From the NCBI GenBank assembly GCA_015661005.1, contig JACTTX010000002.1, forward strand, positions 856 to 64,855: 64,000 nt of DNA, read 5' to 3'. The notes beneath the pieces are model-generated. The model had not been told where the DNA came from and made no database searches. It was given only the letters and a program-made list of their open reading frames with translations. Position 1 is the first letter of the stretch. Every line of letters begins with the position of its first letter. The position numbers and the translations under genes are program-made. The stretch is from Candidatus Magasanikiibacteriota bacterium (GTDB taxonomy: Bacteria; Patescibacteriota; Patescibacteriia; Magasanikbacterales; JACTTX01). Below are positions 30,463 through 39,096 of this stretch, piece by piece.

Positions 30463-31614
30463 TCACTGGGGTGTTCCGGTGGCGCTCAAACCTGCCGCCG
30501 CGGTCTTGGCGGCCGGACGAATCACCAAATTTTTAGTCAGGTCTTTATAGATAACATCGCCAATGGCCTCAATTTTTCTGAAAACGTAAGCGCCGTCTTT
30601 TTCCACGGTTCCGACCGCCGGCCAAACGCTTTTGAGCTGGTTGTACACATCTGCATCTTTAGAAAGAATAATTGTCGGCACGTTGACGATTTTATATTGA
30701 TTGACCAATCCTTTTCCTTGAGGCGAAGACACATCAACTACTTCACTGTTGGTCACCGCCACGCCCATACTGGATAAAAGGCCATTGTGTTTGGCAGGAT
30801 CATAACATTCATTACACGATTTGTCGGCGAGCATGGTCATTCGCAATTTGCCGAGAATTTTATTTTGCGCCAGATCAAAATATGGCGGGATCATTTGCCG
30901 GAAAACGTAAACGCCGTCGCTTTGCGTTTCACCGATAGTTAAATTTTTAAAGATGTCATAATACTTCACGTCCTCGGAAAGAATGATTTGCGGAAAAGCG
31001 GTAATTTTATATTTTGCCGTCAAACTTTTTCCATCTTCGGAAAAAGGCGACACGGTTTTGGTATCGGCAATAAAAATGCCGGCATTCTTCATTTGATTGA
31101 TGAGCTCGCTCGGCTGCGCACAGCCAACGCATAATTTAGGATCGTTCAAAATAGTAACATAAATTTTTCCGCGCTCGGCGCCGTCTTTGGGATCAATGTA
31201 GACCGGCGGGGTTTTGGTGAAAATAAAATTATTGTTAGCCAGTCGGCCGTTTTGCGCAATAAACCCCGCCAGCTTTTCATTGGTAACGTCTCCGCTCGCC
31301 ACAAAAGTTGGAAGCCGCTCCAGTCCAAAATCCGCCACCAGTTTTTTCCCTTCTTCGCTGTCAAAGATCAGCGTCTTTTCCGCCGTCACTTCCACCGGAA
31401 ACTTTTTAAACGCCGCCACGGCTTTCTGAATATCAAAACAATCTGGACAACTCGGCGTCGTCAATATCTGGAGTGTGATTTTTGCCGGTTGATTTTTTTC
31501 TTCGGCCACTTTGATTTGTTTGCCAATGGCGGTGTTAGTTTGAAAAGAAATAATAGCGCCAGACAGTGCGGCAAGAAAAGCAATCCCAAGTAGCGCGCGA
31601 TTGACAGTGATCAT
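30463..31614 (-). CDS. Exported protein with three thioredoxin-like repeats
   Basis: CPDC, CVGC, CNEC, each followed by S.(E/D/Q)GK.L...(F/Y).(L/I)...P. Confidence 0.8.
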   Translation of the reverse strand: MITVNRALLGIAFLAALSGAIISFQTNTAIGKQIKVAEEKNQPAKITLQILTTPSCPDCFDIQKAVAAFKKFPVEVTAEKTLIFDSEEGKKLVADFGLERLPTFVASGDVTNEKLAGFIAQNGRLANNNFIFTKTPPVYIDPKDGAERGKIYVTILNDPKLCVGCAQPSELINQMKNAGIFIADTKTVSPFSEDGKSLTAKYKITAFPQIILSEDVKYYDIFKNLTIGETQSDGVYVFRQMIPPYFDLAQNKILGKLRMTMLADKSCNECYDPAKHNGLLSSMGVAVTNSEVVDVSSPQGKGLVNQYKIVNVPTIILSKDADVYNQLKSVWPAVGTVEKDGAYVFRKIEAIGDVIYKDLTKNLVIRPAAKTAAAGLSATGTPQ

Positions 31615-32432
31615 AAATTATAGGGAATTTTGTGAATCGGATTTAAAATCATTGGCGACTCGGCGGATTGACTTTCCGAACACGGCAAAACGGCAACCGT
31701 TTGCGCTTTTGTTGACGGGACAAAGGCCGCCAGTAAAATCGCGAGTACCATAACGCTCACAAAAATCTTTGTCAAGGTGAGCGGCGCAAATTTCAATCCC
31801 CTGCCTTCCAAAACAGCGATGCGAATGGCAAGAGTTGACTGTTCGGCAAATCCAAAAAATGCGGCCGGTGCGGACGGACGTCCCGAGAGTTTAATCAGAG
31901 CCGAGACCAAAGAAATTTTTCCCTTCTCACCGTTTTGAGCGGCGGCATCAGCGGCCACTTCTCTGGCGGCCAGCCATCTTTTTTCAAAATCCGCCACGAT
32001 TGGCAAAAACCAAAAAGCGGTGCGTGCGGCGTGAAGCAAAGCGCCCATCAGCGGATCATATGATTGCTGATGATGCCGCTCATGAGATAAAACCGCCAGC
32101 AGTTCCGCCTCCGTCAGAACGCTCGCCGCCGAGGTACTCAAATAAATTTGCGGTTTAAAAAATCCAACGCAAAAACATTTTGATTGATCGGACGCAAAAA
32201 TCCGAATATTATTTATTTGCTTGTTTTCAATCAAAGCGGCAAGACGCGGCGGAACCGCCGCCGACGCCAACAATGAGAGTGAGCGCAATAATTTTCCGGT
32301 GGCCAGAACTTGGCGAACCAAAGAAACAATAAAAATTCCTAAAACCGACAATCCGGCCGCCCAACCAACGCCATGCCAAAAATTGCCATGCGTAATCGCG
32401 GAAAAAAAATTGTCACAGCGAGTGATCGCCAT
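31611..32432 (-). CDS. M56 (BlaR1-like) metallopeptidase
   Basis: GFFKPQIYLS, AVLSHERHH, E..AD; adjacent to BlaI. Confidence 0.88.
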   Translation of the reverse strand: MAITRCDNFFSAITHGNFWHGVGWAAGLSVLGIFIVSLVRQVLATGKLLRSLSLLASAAVPPRLAALIENKQINNIRIFASDQSKCFCVGFFKPQIYLSTSAASVLTEAELLAVLSHERHHQQSYDPLMGALLHAARTAFWFLPIVADFEKRWLAAREVAADAAAQNGEKGKISLVSALIKLSGRPSAPAAFFGFAEQSTLAIRIAVLEGRGLKFAPLTLTKIFVSVMVLAILLAAFVPSTKAQTVAVLPCSESQSAESPMILNPIHKIPYNL

Positions 32433-32433
32433 A

Positions 32434-32826
32434 TTAACTCCGGCCGCGTTTTAAATCCGCCAACAACTTTTTCAACTTCTTGCGATCAACTTTGTCCGTC
32501 TCTTCCAAAAAACAAGCAATGGCAACCTCTCCGAATTCTTTTCTAATCCGTCCGAGCGTTTCTCCGGCCAGCGTCCGATAAAATTCTTGCCGCGTCAGAC
32601 GCGGACAAAAAACATGCTGACCGGCGCGAATATTTTTTTTGAGCACGCCTTTCTTAACCAGCCGATTCATAATGGTCATGATGGTGGTATAGGCGACATC
32701 AATTTTTTTATGCAAATGATCAACGACGTCCCGCACCGAACCCCCCTCCGGACGCGACCACAAAATATCCAGGATGTCTTTTTCCCGTTCGCCAAGCAAG
32801 CGTCCAACATGAGACGGTGTCCGCAT
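32434..32826 (-). CDS. BlaI/MecI/CopY family repressor
   Basis: LGERE..ILDILW, AYTTIMTIMNRLVKKG. Confidence 0.92.
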   Translation of the reverse strand: MRTPSHVGRLLGEREKDILDILWSRPEGGSVRDVVDHLHKKIDVAYTTIMTIMNRLVKKGVLKKNIRAGQHVFCPRLTRQEFYRTLAGETLGRIRKEFGEVAIACFLEETDKVDRKKLKKLLADLKRGRS

Positions 32827-32837
32827 ATAAAAATTTA

Positions 32838-32858
32838 TCTACTACATTATGTAGAAGA
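32838..32858. promoter_or_regulatory. Putative BlaI/CopY-type operator
   Basis: Palindrome TCT-A-CTACA-TTA-TGTAG-A-AGA directly upstream of the repressor; TACA/TGTA half-sites are typical for this family. Confidence 0.7.
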
Positions 32859-32920
32859 CAAGTCCAACGGTCAACCGGTTTTATCCACAGCGCAAAATTT
32901 TACCTCAACCATTCCCGTTT

Positions 32921-33301
32921 TCATCTGACCCACTCCCGCCACGATTTTGGCCAACCGCGTAGCAACAACAAGGCCAGAGGCGCGCCCCAGTTGGCCCATC
33001 TTTCCACAAAATCCCAAAACGATTCGCCAACCAACGGACGTAAAATGGCGGTCCAGAAACCCCAAACGGCGGCCCAAGCCAGCACACCGCGCACCGGCTT
33101 CACCAAAATAATCAAAGCCACAATCAGATCCATAATACCAATCGCCAACAAAATTTTGCCGGCCAAGACGGCGTCTGTCTGCAAAATTTCCTGAATCCAT
33201 TTGATCCACTGCGCTTTGCCTTGAATGGCAAAGACGCCGTGTCCGACGAATTCTCCAAAAATCGCGAGCCGCAAGGCCCAATGAGCAAGTTTATTTTCCA
33301 T
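32921..33301 (-). CDS. Small membrane protein (DoxX-like)
   Basis: LR.....F.GHG, hydrophobic helices, ERWANWGAPL. Confidence 0.7.
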   Translation of the reverse strand: MENKLAHWALRLAIFGEFVGHGVFAIQGKAQWIKWIQEILQTDAVLAGKILLAIGIMDLIVALIILVKPVRGVLAWAAVWGFWTAILRPLVGESFWDFVERWANWGAPLALLLLRGWPKSWREWVR

Positions 33302-33329
33302 ATATTTATTTTACTACATTATACCACGA

Positions 33330-33716
33330 TTACTTGACGCCCTCCGGAAGAACGCAACCGCTTTCCCGCGCCAATCCGCTTAATCCTAATTCCCCCGCTA
33401 ACTTGCGACCGTCGGAAAAGATCCAGGTCGGATATTTTTCCACACCCTTATCAAGGCATGTTTGGGGATTATTCGGACACTCCACGTACTTCACAAATTG
33501 GAACGCGTCCCCGAAAGCCGCTTTTTCATTCTGGCAATGCGGACACCAGGCGGCGCCGTACATCGTGATGTCTTTTGTGGCAAGGCATTGGGCAAAAGAA
33601 TCCAGCGGCGCGGTGGCTGATTTTTTTTCCGACCATCTTGATATCGTCACAATTCCCGCAACAATGAGCGCGACTACCCCCGCCGAAATTAATAATGATT
33701 TCATATCATACAGCAA
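33330..33716 (-). CDS. Membrane-anchored thioredoxin-like protein
   Basis: MYGAAWCPHC, YVEC, YPTW. Confidence 0.85.
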   Translation of the reverse strand: MLYDMKSLLISAGVVALIVAGIVTISRWSEKKSATAPLDSFAQCLATKDITMYGAAWCPHCQNEKAAFGDAFQFVKYVECPNNPQTCLDKGVEKYPTWIFSDGRKLAGELGLSGLARESGCVLPEGVK

Positions 33717-33803
33717 ATATTTGAATTTTGAAAGTGACCTGCCAGTGGCGAATGGAAAGGCGCAAATGTCGTGTTGCTTAGAACAATAACGCTACAGTGA
33801 CTG

Positions 33804-33868
33804 GAGAATGGAAGGACGCAAATATCGTGTTCTCCAATCAAGAACGATATTTGCGTCCTTCCATTCTC
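33804..33868. repeat. Long palindrome, family A copy 2 (plus degenerate half copy at 33746-33775)
   Basis: 23-bp perfect arms, GT bulge, GTTCT/AGAAC inner stem, CCAATCA loop. Confidence 0.85.
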
Positions 33869-33884
33869 TATTCTCTATTCTCTG

Positions 33885-34340
33885 TCAACAACATTGTTCC
33901 ATCTTCTTCTCCAGATCTTCCACGCGCCGCTGACTCCCGCCGGACTTACCAACACGCAGGCATATGGCGGCCGTCACGAGCATCACCGTCAAAGCCAAAA
34001 GCAGAATCCACCACCAACTTTGAGTCACGCCATAAACGGCCGTGAAGCCGGCCGGAATAAAAATCATTTTCCAAGCGAGCGGCTTAATGTGCGGCGCCAG
34101 ATATTTCTCCGCTTGATAAGCAATGCCGACAACGGATCCGCCCATCAGAATTGTCGGCACAAAAAGATCAATCGTGAATCCCGCCGGATGCCAGCCGCCA
34201 AAATAAAGCGCCAACATCCAAATCCAAGTTCCGGCCGCACCGGCGCAAATTGGACACAAACGCTTGCCGGTCGCGCGGTTAAGCAGCGCCGCCAGCCCGG
34301 CAATCGTGTAAAGGGAAATTAAAGCGATGAGAATATTCAT
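33885..34340 (-). CDS. Hypothetical membrane protein
   Basis: TM helices, CPICAG motif, C-terminal CC. Confidence 0.75.
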   Translation of the reverse strand: MNILIALISLYTIAGLAALLNRATGKRLCPICAGAAGTWIWMLALYFGGWHPAGFTIDLFVPTILMGGSVVGIAYQAEKYLAPHIKPLAWKMIFIPAGFTAVYGVTQSWWWILLLALTVMLVTAAICLRVGKSGGSQRRVEDLEKKMEQCC

Positions 34341-35119
34341 AACAGAAAAATTATTACACCAAGAATGACCATCAACAAGCCGTCGGCCCAGCGCATTTTT
34401 CCGCGGACGCGCGCCTGCCAGACCTGAACTTTTTCAATGACCGCGCTTTTACTCGCGATTACTAAAATAATCACGAGCGGCAGAATAAAGATTAAATTGT
34501 AGTAGAGAAGATACGCCAAACCGCGCAGGAAGGTGGCGTTGTCATGCAAGAGTCCGAGCACCATGAGATACGGGCCGCCAGTGCAGGGAAATTCGCAAAG
34601 CCCAACGAGCGCTCCCAAAAGAAAAGCCGTTGGCGCGGAAGCGCGATCCATAAGCGCGGCCATGCGATGATGAACGCCTTGCGGAATACGGAGCTTGATT
34701 GGGAACGAAGGAAAGTATTCATTCACCAAATTCACGAGACCAAGTACAATCAAAATCCCGGCGCCGATCTTGGCCATGAAATGCGGCGTGTTGAAAAGAT
34801 GCAGGGTCTGCAAAATCCCCAGCCCAATCAAGATGTAGACCGCAAAAATCCCAAAAATGTAAGTGCCGCCAATAGCCAGAATCCGCCCGCGCAATTTTCC
34901 GATGCTTGCCAAAAAGGCAATCGTCAGAATCAAGATGGAAAAAGCGCAGGGGTTGATGCTGTCAACAACGGCCGCCACGGTAACGAGCGGCAGGAGCAAT
35001 TGTCCGCCATTGCTGATTTTCCACAAAACACCGGCCCCGGCCGCGCCGGAAAAACCGATAATTGATACAACAACAAACGCCGCCGACACTACAATAATGA
35101 ACAACCATTTTTTTTTCAT
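34337..35119 (-). CDS. CcdA/DsbD-like transmembrane electron transporter
   Basis: DSINPCAF and LCEFPCTGGPY motifs in a multi-TM protein. Confidence 0.8.
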   Translation of the reverse strand: MKKKWLFIIVVSAAFVVVSIIGFSGAAGAGVLWKISNGGQLLLPLVTVAAVVDSINPCAFSILILTIAFLASIGKLRGRILAIGGTYIFGIFAVYILIGLGILQTLHLFNTPHFMAKIGAGILIVLGLVNLVNEYFPSFPIKLRIPQGVHHRMAALMDRASAPTAFLLGALVGLCEFPCTGGPYLMVLGLLHDNATFLRGLAYLLYYNLIFILPLVIILVIASKSAVIEKVQVWQARVRGKMRWADGLLMVILGVIIFLL

Positions 35120-35127
35120 AATCGCGA

Positions 35128-35622
35128 TTAAGGCGTGACCGTGGCCGTAAAATTCAACTCCAGCGGCCGACCGTTCGGATTATCCAAGTAAACGATGCGG
35201 GAGATTTTTCCAACACCGGCCGGTCCGTGCGCCGCCGGATCAAACGTTACTTCCACGGTGGCCTCTTCACCCGCTTCTATAACTTCATTGATGGTCGGAA
35301 CCGGCAGATGTCCGGGCATACCAACCGGTCCGAAAGTTTTTCCGTTATGCATGACTTTCGCCTCCGTGCACATGCAGGACGTATAGAACTTCACGATTTT
35401 CGCCGACTCACTGCCGTTGTTTTTAACTTTGAATTCATGGGTAACTTTCCCTTTGGCCATGGAAACCGTGCCGAAGTCATAAGAATTTTCCAGTGCGGTC
35501 AAAACGCCTTTGGCGTCAATGGTTTGTTTTTCCTCCGGCGCCGCGCCGGATCGGGCAAACCAAATCAGGGCTCCGGCAATGACGGCAATCGCCGCCACGT
35601 TGATAATCATTTTTGAATTCAT
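35128..35622 (-). CDS. DUF1573-like Ig-fold protein
   Basis: YDFG.V, F.VKN.G, TSCMCT, V.FDPAAHG. Confidence 0.8.
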   Translation of the reverse strand: MNSKMIINVAAIAVIAGALIWFARSGAAPEEKQTIDAKGVLTALENSYDFGTVSMAKGKVTHEFKVKNNGSESAKIVKFYTSCMCTEAKVMHNGKTFGPVGMPGHLPVPTINEVIEAGEEATVEVTFDPAAHGPAGVGKISRIVYLDNPNGRPLELNFTATVTP

Positions 35623-35719
35623 ATAATTTTTGGTGATTAAACACGTTTACTCGCGAAACAAAAAATCCGCGTGAACGTATGAAACCGGCCGCCCCGACGT
35701 AATGTCAAGACCGACCGGA

Positions 35720-36106
35720 CTAAATCAATGACGGGCTGAATTCCAATTGCGCCAACCAGCGCAAAAAACTTTTTTGCCTTTGCAAAATTGCTTTCAGAAA
35801 AAGACGTTGCCGCGTTTTTACAAACCGCGTTCCATCAACGGCACAGGCAGTGTAAAATGACAAGAAAAAAACAGCGCCCAGCAAACCCAAAAAAATAAAA
35901 TCAACAATGACGGCGTTGGTAAAATTACGGAAGGCGGCAAAATGAAAAGCCATGGAGTCATCGGTGTGGCGCTCGTTCGGACATTCGGCGCCAAAAGCAA
36001 TGGCCGCCAAGCAACGGCCGTTTTGCGCGCCGCGACCCATTCCGCTGAATGCGCCGACGGAAATTATCACCAGCAAGGCAACAGTAATGGCAATAAAAAA
36101 TTTCAT
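35720..36106 (-). CDS. Hypothetical membrane protein
   Basis: Two hydrophobic helices, C...C and His, C-terminal WLAQLEFSPS; start uncertain. Confidence 0.6.
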   Translation of the reverse strand: MKFFIAITVALLVIISVGAFSGMGRGAQNGRCLAAIAFGAECPNERHTDDSMAFHFAAFRNFTNAVIVDFIFLGLLGAVFFLSFYTACAVDGTRFVKTRQRLFLKAILQRQKSFLRWLAQLEFSPSLI

Positions 36107-36445
36107 GAAGCGAGTATAAACGTTTTTCAAAAAAATTACAATGGGAGTCCCCTCTGCGACCGCCGGACTCGTGACCTATCCCGTGAGGAACAGGTGGGTC
36201 GCCGCACGCGTGGCCCAAGGGCCGCGCAAATATTGGCATCCCTATTGATGAGATTGTAGAGAAAGTCATCGCCCGACGGCGGCAGGAAGAGGACACTTTC
36301 AATATACCGCGCCGCCAAGCGCGATGCAACATGACGTAATATGCCGCAACACGCGACAAAAAAAGAACGACCACTGATGTTAACAGTGGTCGCCCCCTTA
36401 ATTCGTGTTGCCCCCTTGGACAGTGCCCTTGTTCACAGGACACTG

Positions 36446-36799
36446 TTACACTGTTGTACCGAAGACATGCTCGTCGCCGGAGAGTATAGCATCCAGATGT
36501 TCGTACGACTGGAATCTCCCGGTCCACTCCAGCTCGAGCTGACGTAGCTGTTCCACATGTAGCGGCTCCGCAAGGCCACTATTCACGCGCTGCTGCAAAG
36601 AATAGATGGCCATGTCCAAACGGGCGAGCGCTGTTTCTTGCTTGGCGTGCGCCGTCGTGACTGCTGGATAGCTGTCGCTGATCCTTCGCCAACGAACTTT
36701 CCTACCATCACCTTCTTCCATACAGCCCCCTTGGTTGATGTCCGTGTGGTCGGCCTTCGCGCCCCCTTTGAGGCGAAAGCCAAACCATTCGTGCGGCAA
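36446..36799 (-). CDS. Hypothetical protein (start uncertain, possibly MEEGDG at 36721)
   Basis: ORF followed by a hairpin at about 36420-36447; no recognised motif. Confidence 0.4.
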   Translation of the reverse strand: MPHEWFGFRLKGGAKADHTDINQGGCMEEGDGRKVRWRRISDSYPAVTTAHAKQETALARLDMAIYSLQQRVNSGLAEPLHVEQLRQLELEWTGRFQSYEHLDAILSGDEHVFGTTV

Positions 36800-36804
36800 C
36801 CATA

Positions 36805-36838
36805 TAAACTAAACCGCCCCGACGGACGTCGGGGCGGT
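36805..36838 (-). terminator. GC-rich terminator-like hairpin with competing upstream pairing
   Basis: ACCGCCCCGACG/CGTCGGGGCGGT followed by TTAGTTT on minus strand. Confidence 0.65.
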
Positions 36839-37008
36839 GTGTGTCTTTCGTAATCTTATCTCATACGACACCGCCCCGGCTCAAGGATAGCAAAAAGGAC
36901 GAACACCTTCTTAATGGTCATCGCGCGATCCGAGTGGCGGCAAACTTGCGTCATACTTTATCTATCAGACCACGGCGGCAAAAACCCTGTCAAATGAGTT
37001 ATCCACAA

Positions 37009-37473
37009 TTACTCCAGCTCCTCCGCCACATAAACGTGGATGTATTCACCCTTGTCATATTCCAAAAGTTCTTCCGGTTTAAAAAATCGCGCGATTTCTT
37101 TGGCCGCCGTCTCCACGGAATCCGAAGCGTGCACAACGTTGCAAGCCACACTCATGGCCAAATCTCCGCGGATGGAACCGGCTTCGGCGGCGCGCGCTTT
37201 AGTGATGCCGGAAATTAAACGCACCGCTTGCACGACTTCCAATCCTTCCCAAACGGAAACCACAACCGGCGAACTTTGCATAAATTGAGCGACGCCCGGG
37301 AAAAAAGGTTTGTCGGCAATGTGGGAATAATGCTCGCGCAGAACGGCTTCATCAAGACGCATCATTTTTGCGGCGACAAGTTTCAATCCTTTTTTTTCCA
37401 AACGATTAAAAACTTCCCCGACCAGTCCGCGTTGGACGCCATCCGGTTTCACGATGACCAAAGTTTTTTCTTT
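37009..37473 (-). CDS. ndk: Nucleoside diphosphate kinase (start codon unclear)
   Basis: EKTLVIVKPDGVQRGLVGE, HY....KPFF, GSIRGD, NVVHASDS. Confidence 0.93.
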   Translation of the reverse strand, partial: KEKTLVIVKPDGVQRGLVGEVFNRLEKKGLKLVAAKMMRLDEAVLREHYSHIADKPFFPGVAQFMQSSPVVVSVWEGLEVVQAVRLISGITKARAAEAGSIRGDLAMSVACNVVHASDSVETAAKEIARFFKPEELLEYDKGEYIHVYVAEELE

Positions 37474-37600
37474 GACGCTGTGTCAACGTCAAGCCACTAA
37501 AGCCAGAACCCGAAGCGTTGGCTTCGGGTCCCGTATTGTTTCACAATATCAAAAACGCGAACTGTCCGCCAGTCCGCGTTCCCGCAAAAAAACGAATTTT

Positions 37601-38935
37601 CTAAAACGGCTGATTACCCATGCCACCGAACATGCCGCCAGTATTGGATGGTCCGCCATTATCGGACGGTCCGCCGCTGAAACCTTTTGGAATTTGCATT
37701 TGGCTGAACTGTTGAGGCGCGTTCCCCGGCATAAATCCTTCCTGTTCATGCTGTTGTCCGGTCAGTTCATCAACGCCATCGCGGAACTCGGACATCTTTT
37801 GTCCGAATTCTTCAAAAGAAGCAATCATGGAATCAGGGTCGGTCACGTTTTTAATCGCGGCCTTGACTTCCTCAAAGTTACTTTTAATTTCATTCTGCAG
37901 GGTCTGAAGTTCTTCAACGTCCAATTTCTTGGCTTTGAGCTGGCGAATCATCGCGTCATTTTTTTTAATCTCGGCCGCGATCTGTTTGGCGTACCGTGTA
38001 AATCCGGTGACCGCGTCAACAACCCCGCGAAGCTGACGCAACTCATCCATTTTCTCAAAAACATTGGTCTGTAGAGTGTCCATCACTTCTTGCGCATCTC
38101 CGCCTTTGAAAGCCTCACCGGCATGATTACGGCCGTCTTTGATGGCGGTGATTGCGGCGCTCATATTACTCAAGAGCTCACCGGCTTCAACACCGGTTCG
38201 TTTCAACCGCGCCACATCTTGAATAAATGTTTTATCTAGTTTGGCAATTTCACGATCAACTTTCTTGAACATTTCCGGAACACGGCTCAACTGTTCCAAA
38301 TCCCGCATTTTTTCATTCAAGTCCTGCATTAAATCGCCGATGTCGCCCATATCCACATCTTCAATTTCATCCATTAATTGCGCGTTGGTAACGCTCGCAA
38401 CAATGCTTTTTAATTTTCCCAGGGTCTCTAAAATTTCAGCAGGCGGTTCAATGCTGACTTTCTTGCGAAAACGGGTCAACTGTTTATCAAACTGCGTGAT
38501 CATTCGCGAAATCTGTTTGACATTTTGTTTCATCTGTTTCAAACGCTGTTCGTCTTGGCGTTTCTGTTGTTCATCCTGCATTTTTTGTTGCCGCTCCATA
38601 TCCTCATTCTGCCGATCTTCATTCATTTGATCCGGCATTTGTTTCATCATCGGCTGGGTTGACGGCAAAGGTTGCGCTTCAAATGATTTCATCTCTTGCT
38701 TTTGTTGCGGCTCCATTTGTCCTGACCGTTCTGATTTCTGCATCGGCTCAACACTTGGCATCGGCGCCGACATTGGCGAAAAACTCTGGCCGCCCGAATT
38801 CTCCTCTGCATAAACCACCTCGGCCATGGAGGATGGCGTCACATAAGCGGCGTAAGTTGAAAATGAACCCACAATAACACCAAAAAGACCAATCAAAAGC
38901 GGTCTGACGGCCGAAGATAAAAGAGCTGATAACAT
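37601..38935 (-). CDS. Membrane-anchored coiled-coil hypothetical protein
   Basis: N-terminal hydrophobic segment, Q/M/E-rich region, long helical heptads; likely start MLSALL at 38935. Confidence 0.75.
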   Translation of the reverse strand: MLSALLSSAVRPLLIGLFGVIVGSFSTYAAYVTPSSMAEVVYAEENSGGQSFSPMSAPMPSVEPMQKSERSGQMEPQQKQEMKSFEAQPLPSTQPMMKQMPDQMNEDRQNEDMERQQKMQDEQQKRQDEQRLKQMKQNVKQISRMITQFDKQLTRFRKKVSIEPPAEILETLGKLKSIVASVTNAQLMDEIEDVDMGDIGDLMQDLNEKMRDLEQLSRVPEMFKKVDREIAKLDKTFIQDVARLKRTGVEAGELLSNMSAAITAIKDGRNHAGEAFKGGDAQEVMDTLQTNVFEKMDELRQLRGVVDAVTGFTRYAKQIAAEIKKNDAMIRQLKAKKLDVEELQTLQNEIKSNFEEVKAAIKNVTDPDSMIASFEEFGQKMSEFRDGVDELTGQQHEQEGFMPGNAPQQFSQMQIPKGFSGGPSDNGGPSNTGGMFGGMGNQPF

Positions 38936-39096
38936 ATATAAAGAACGAAAAGGTGATGGATTGTCTTCCCCAAGGCGCTTATCGCCGCGAAGAACAAAAT
39001 CCATCACCCATTTAATTACCGCATCAGTATACCATTTTTTGCACGATTTGGCAAGTTTTTGCAGTGCGACGTAAAAAATATTCTTTGTTGCGCGAT

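Noticed and set aside
27612-33868. Integron attC sites
   Set aside because: No RYYYAAC...GTTRRRY outer boxes, no integrase, and not one site per gene
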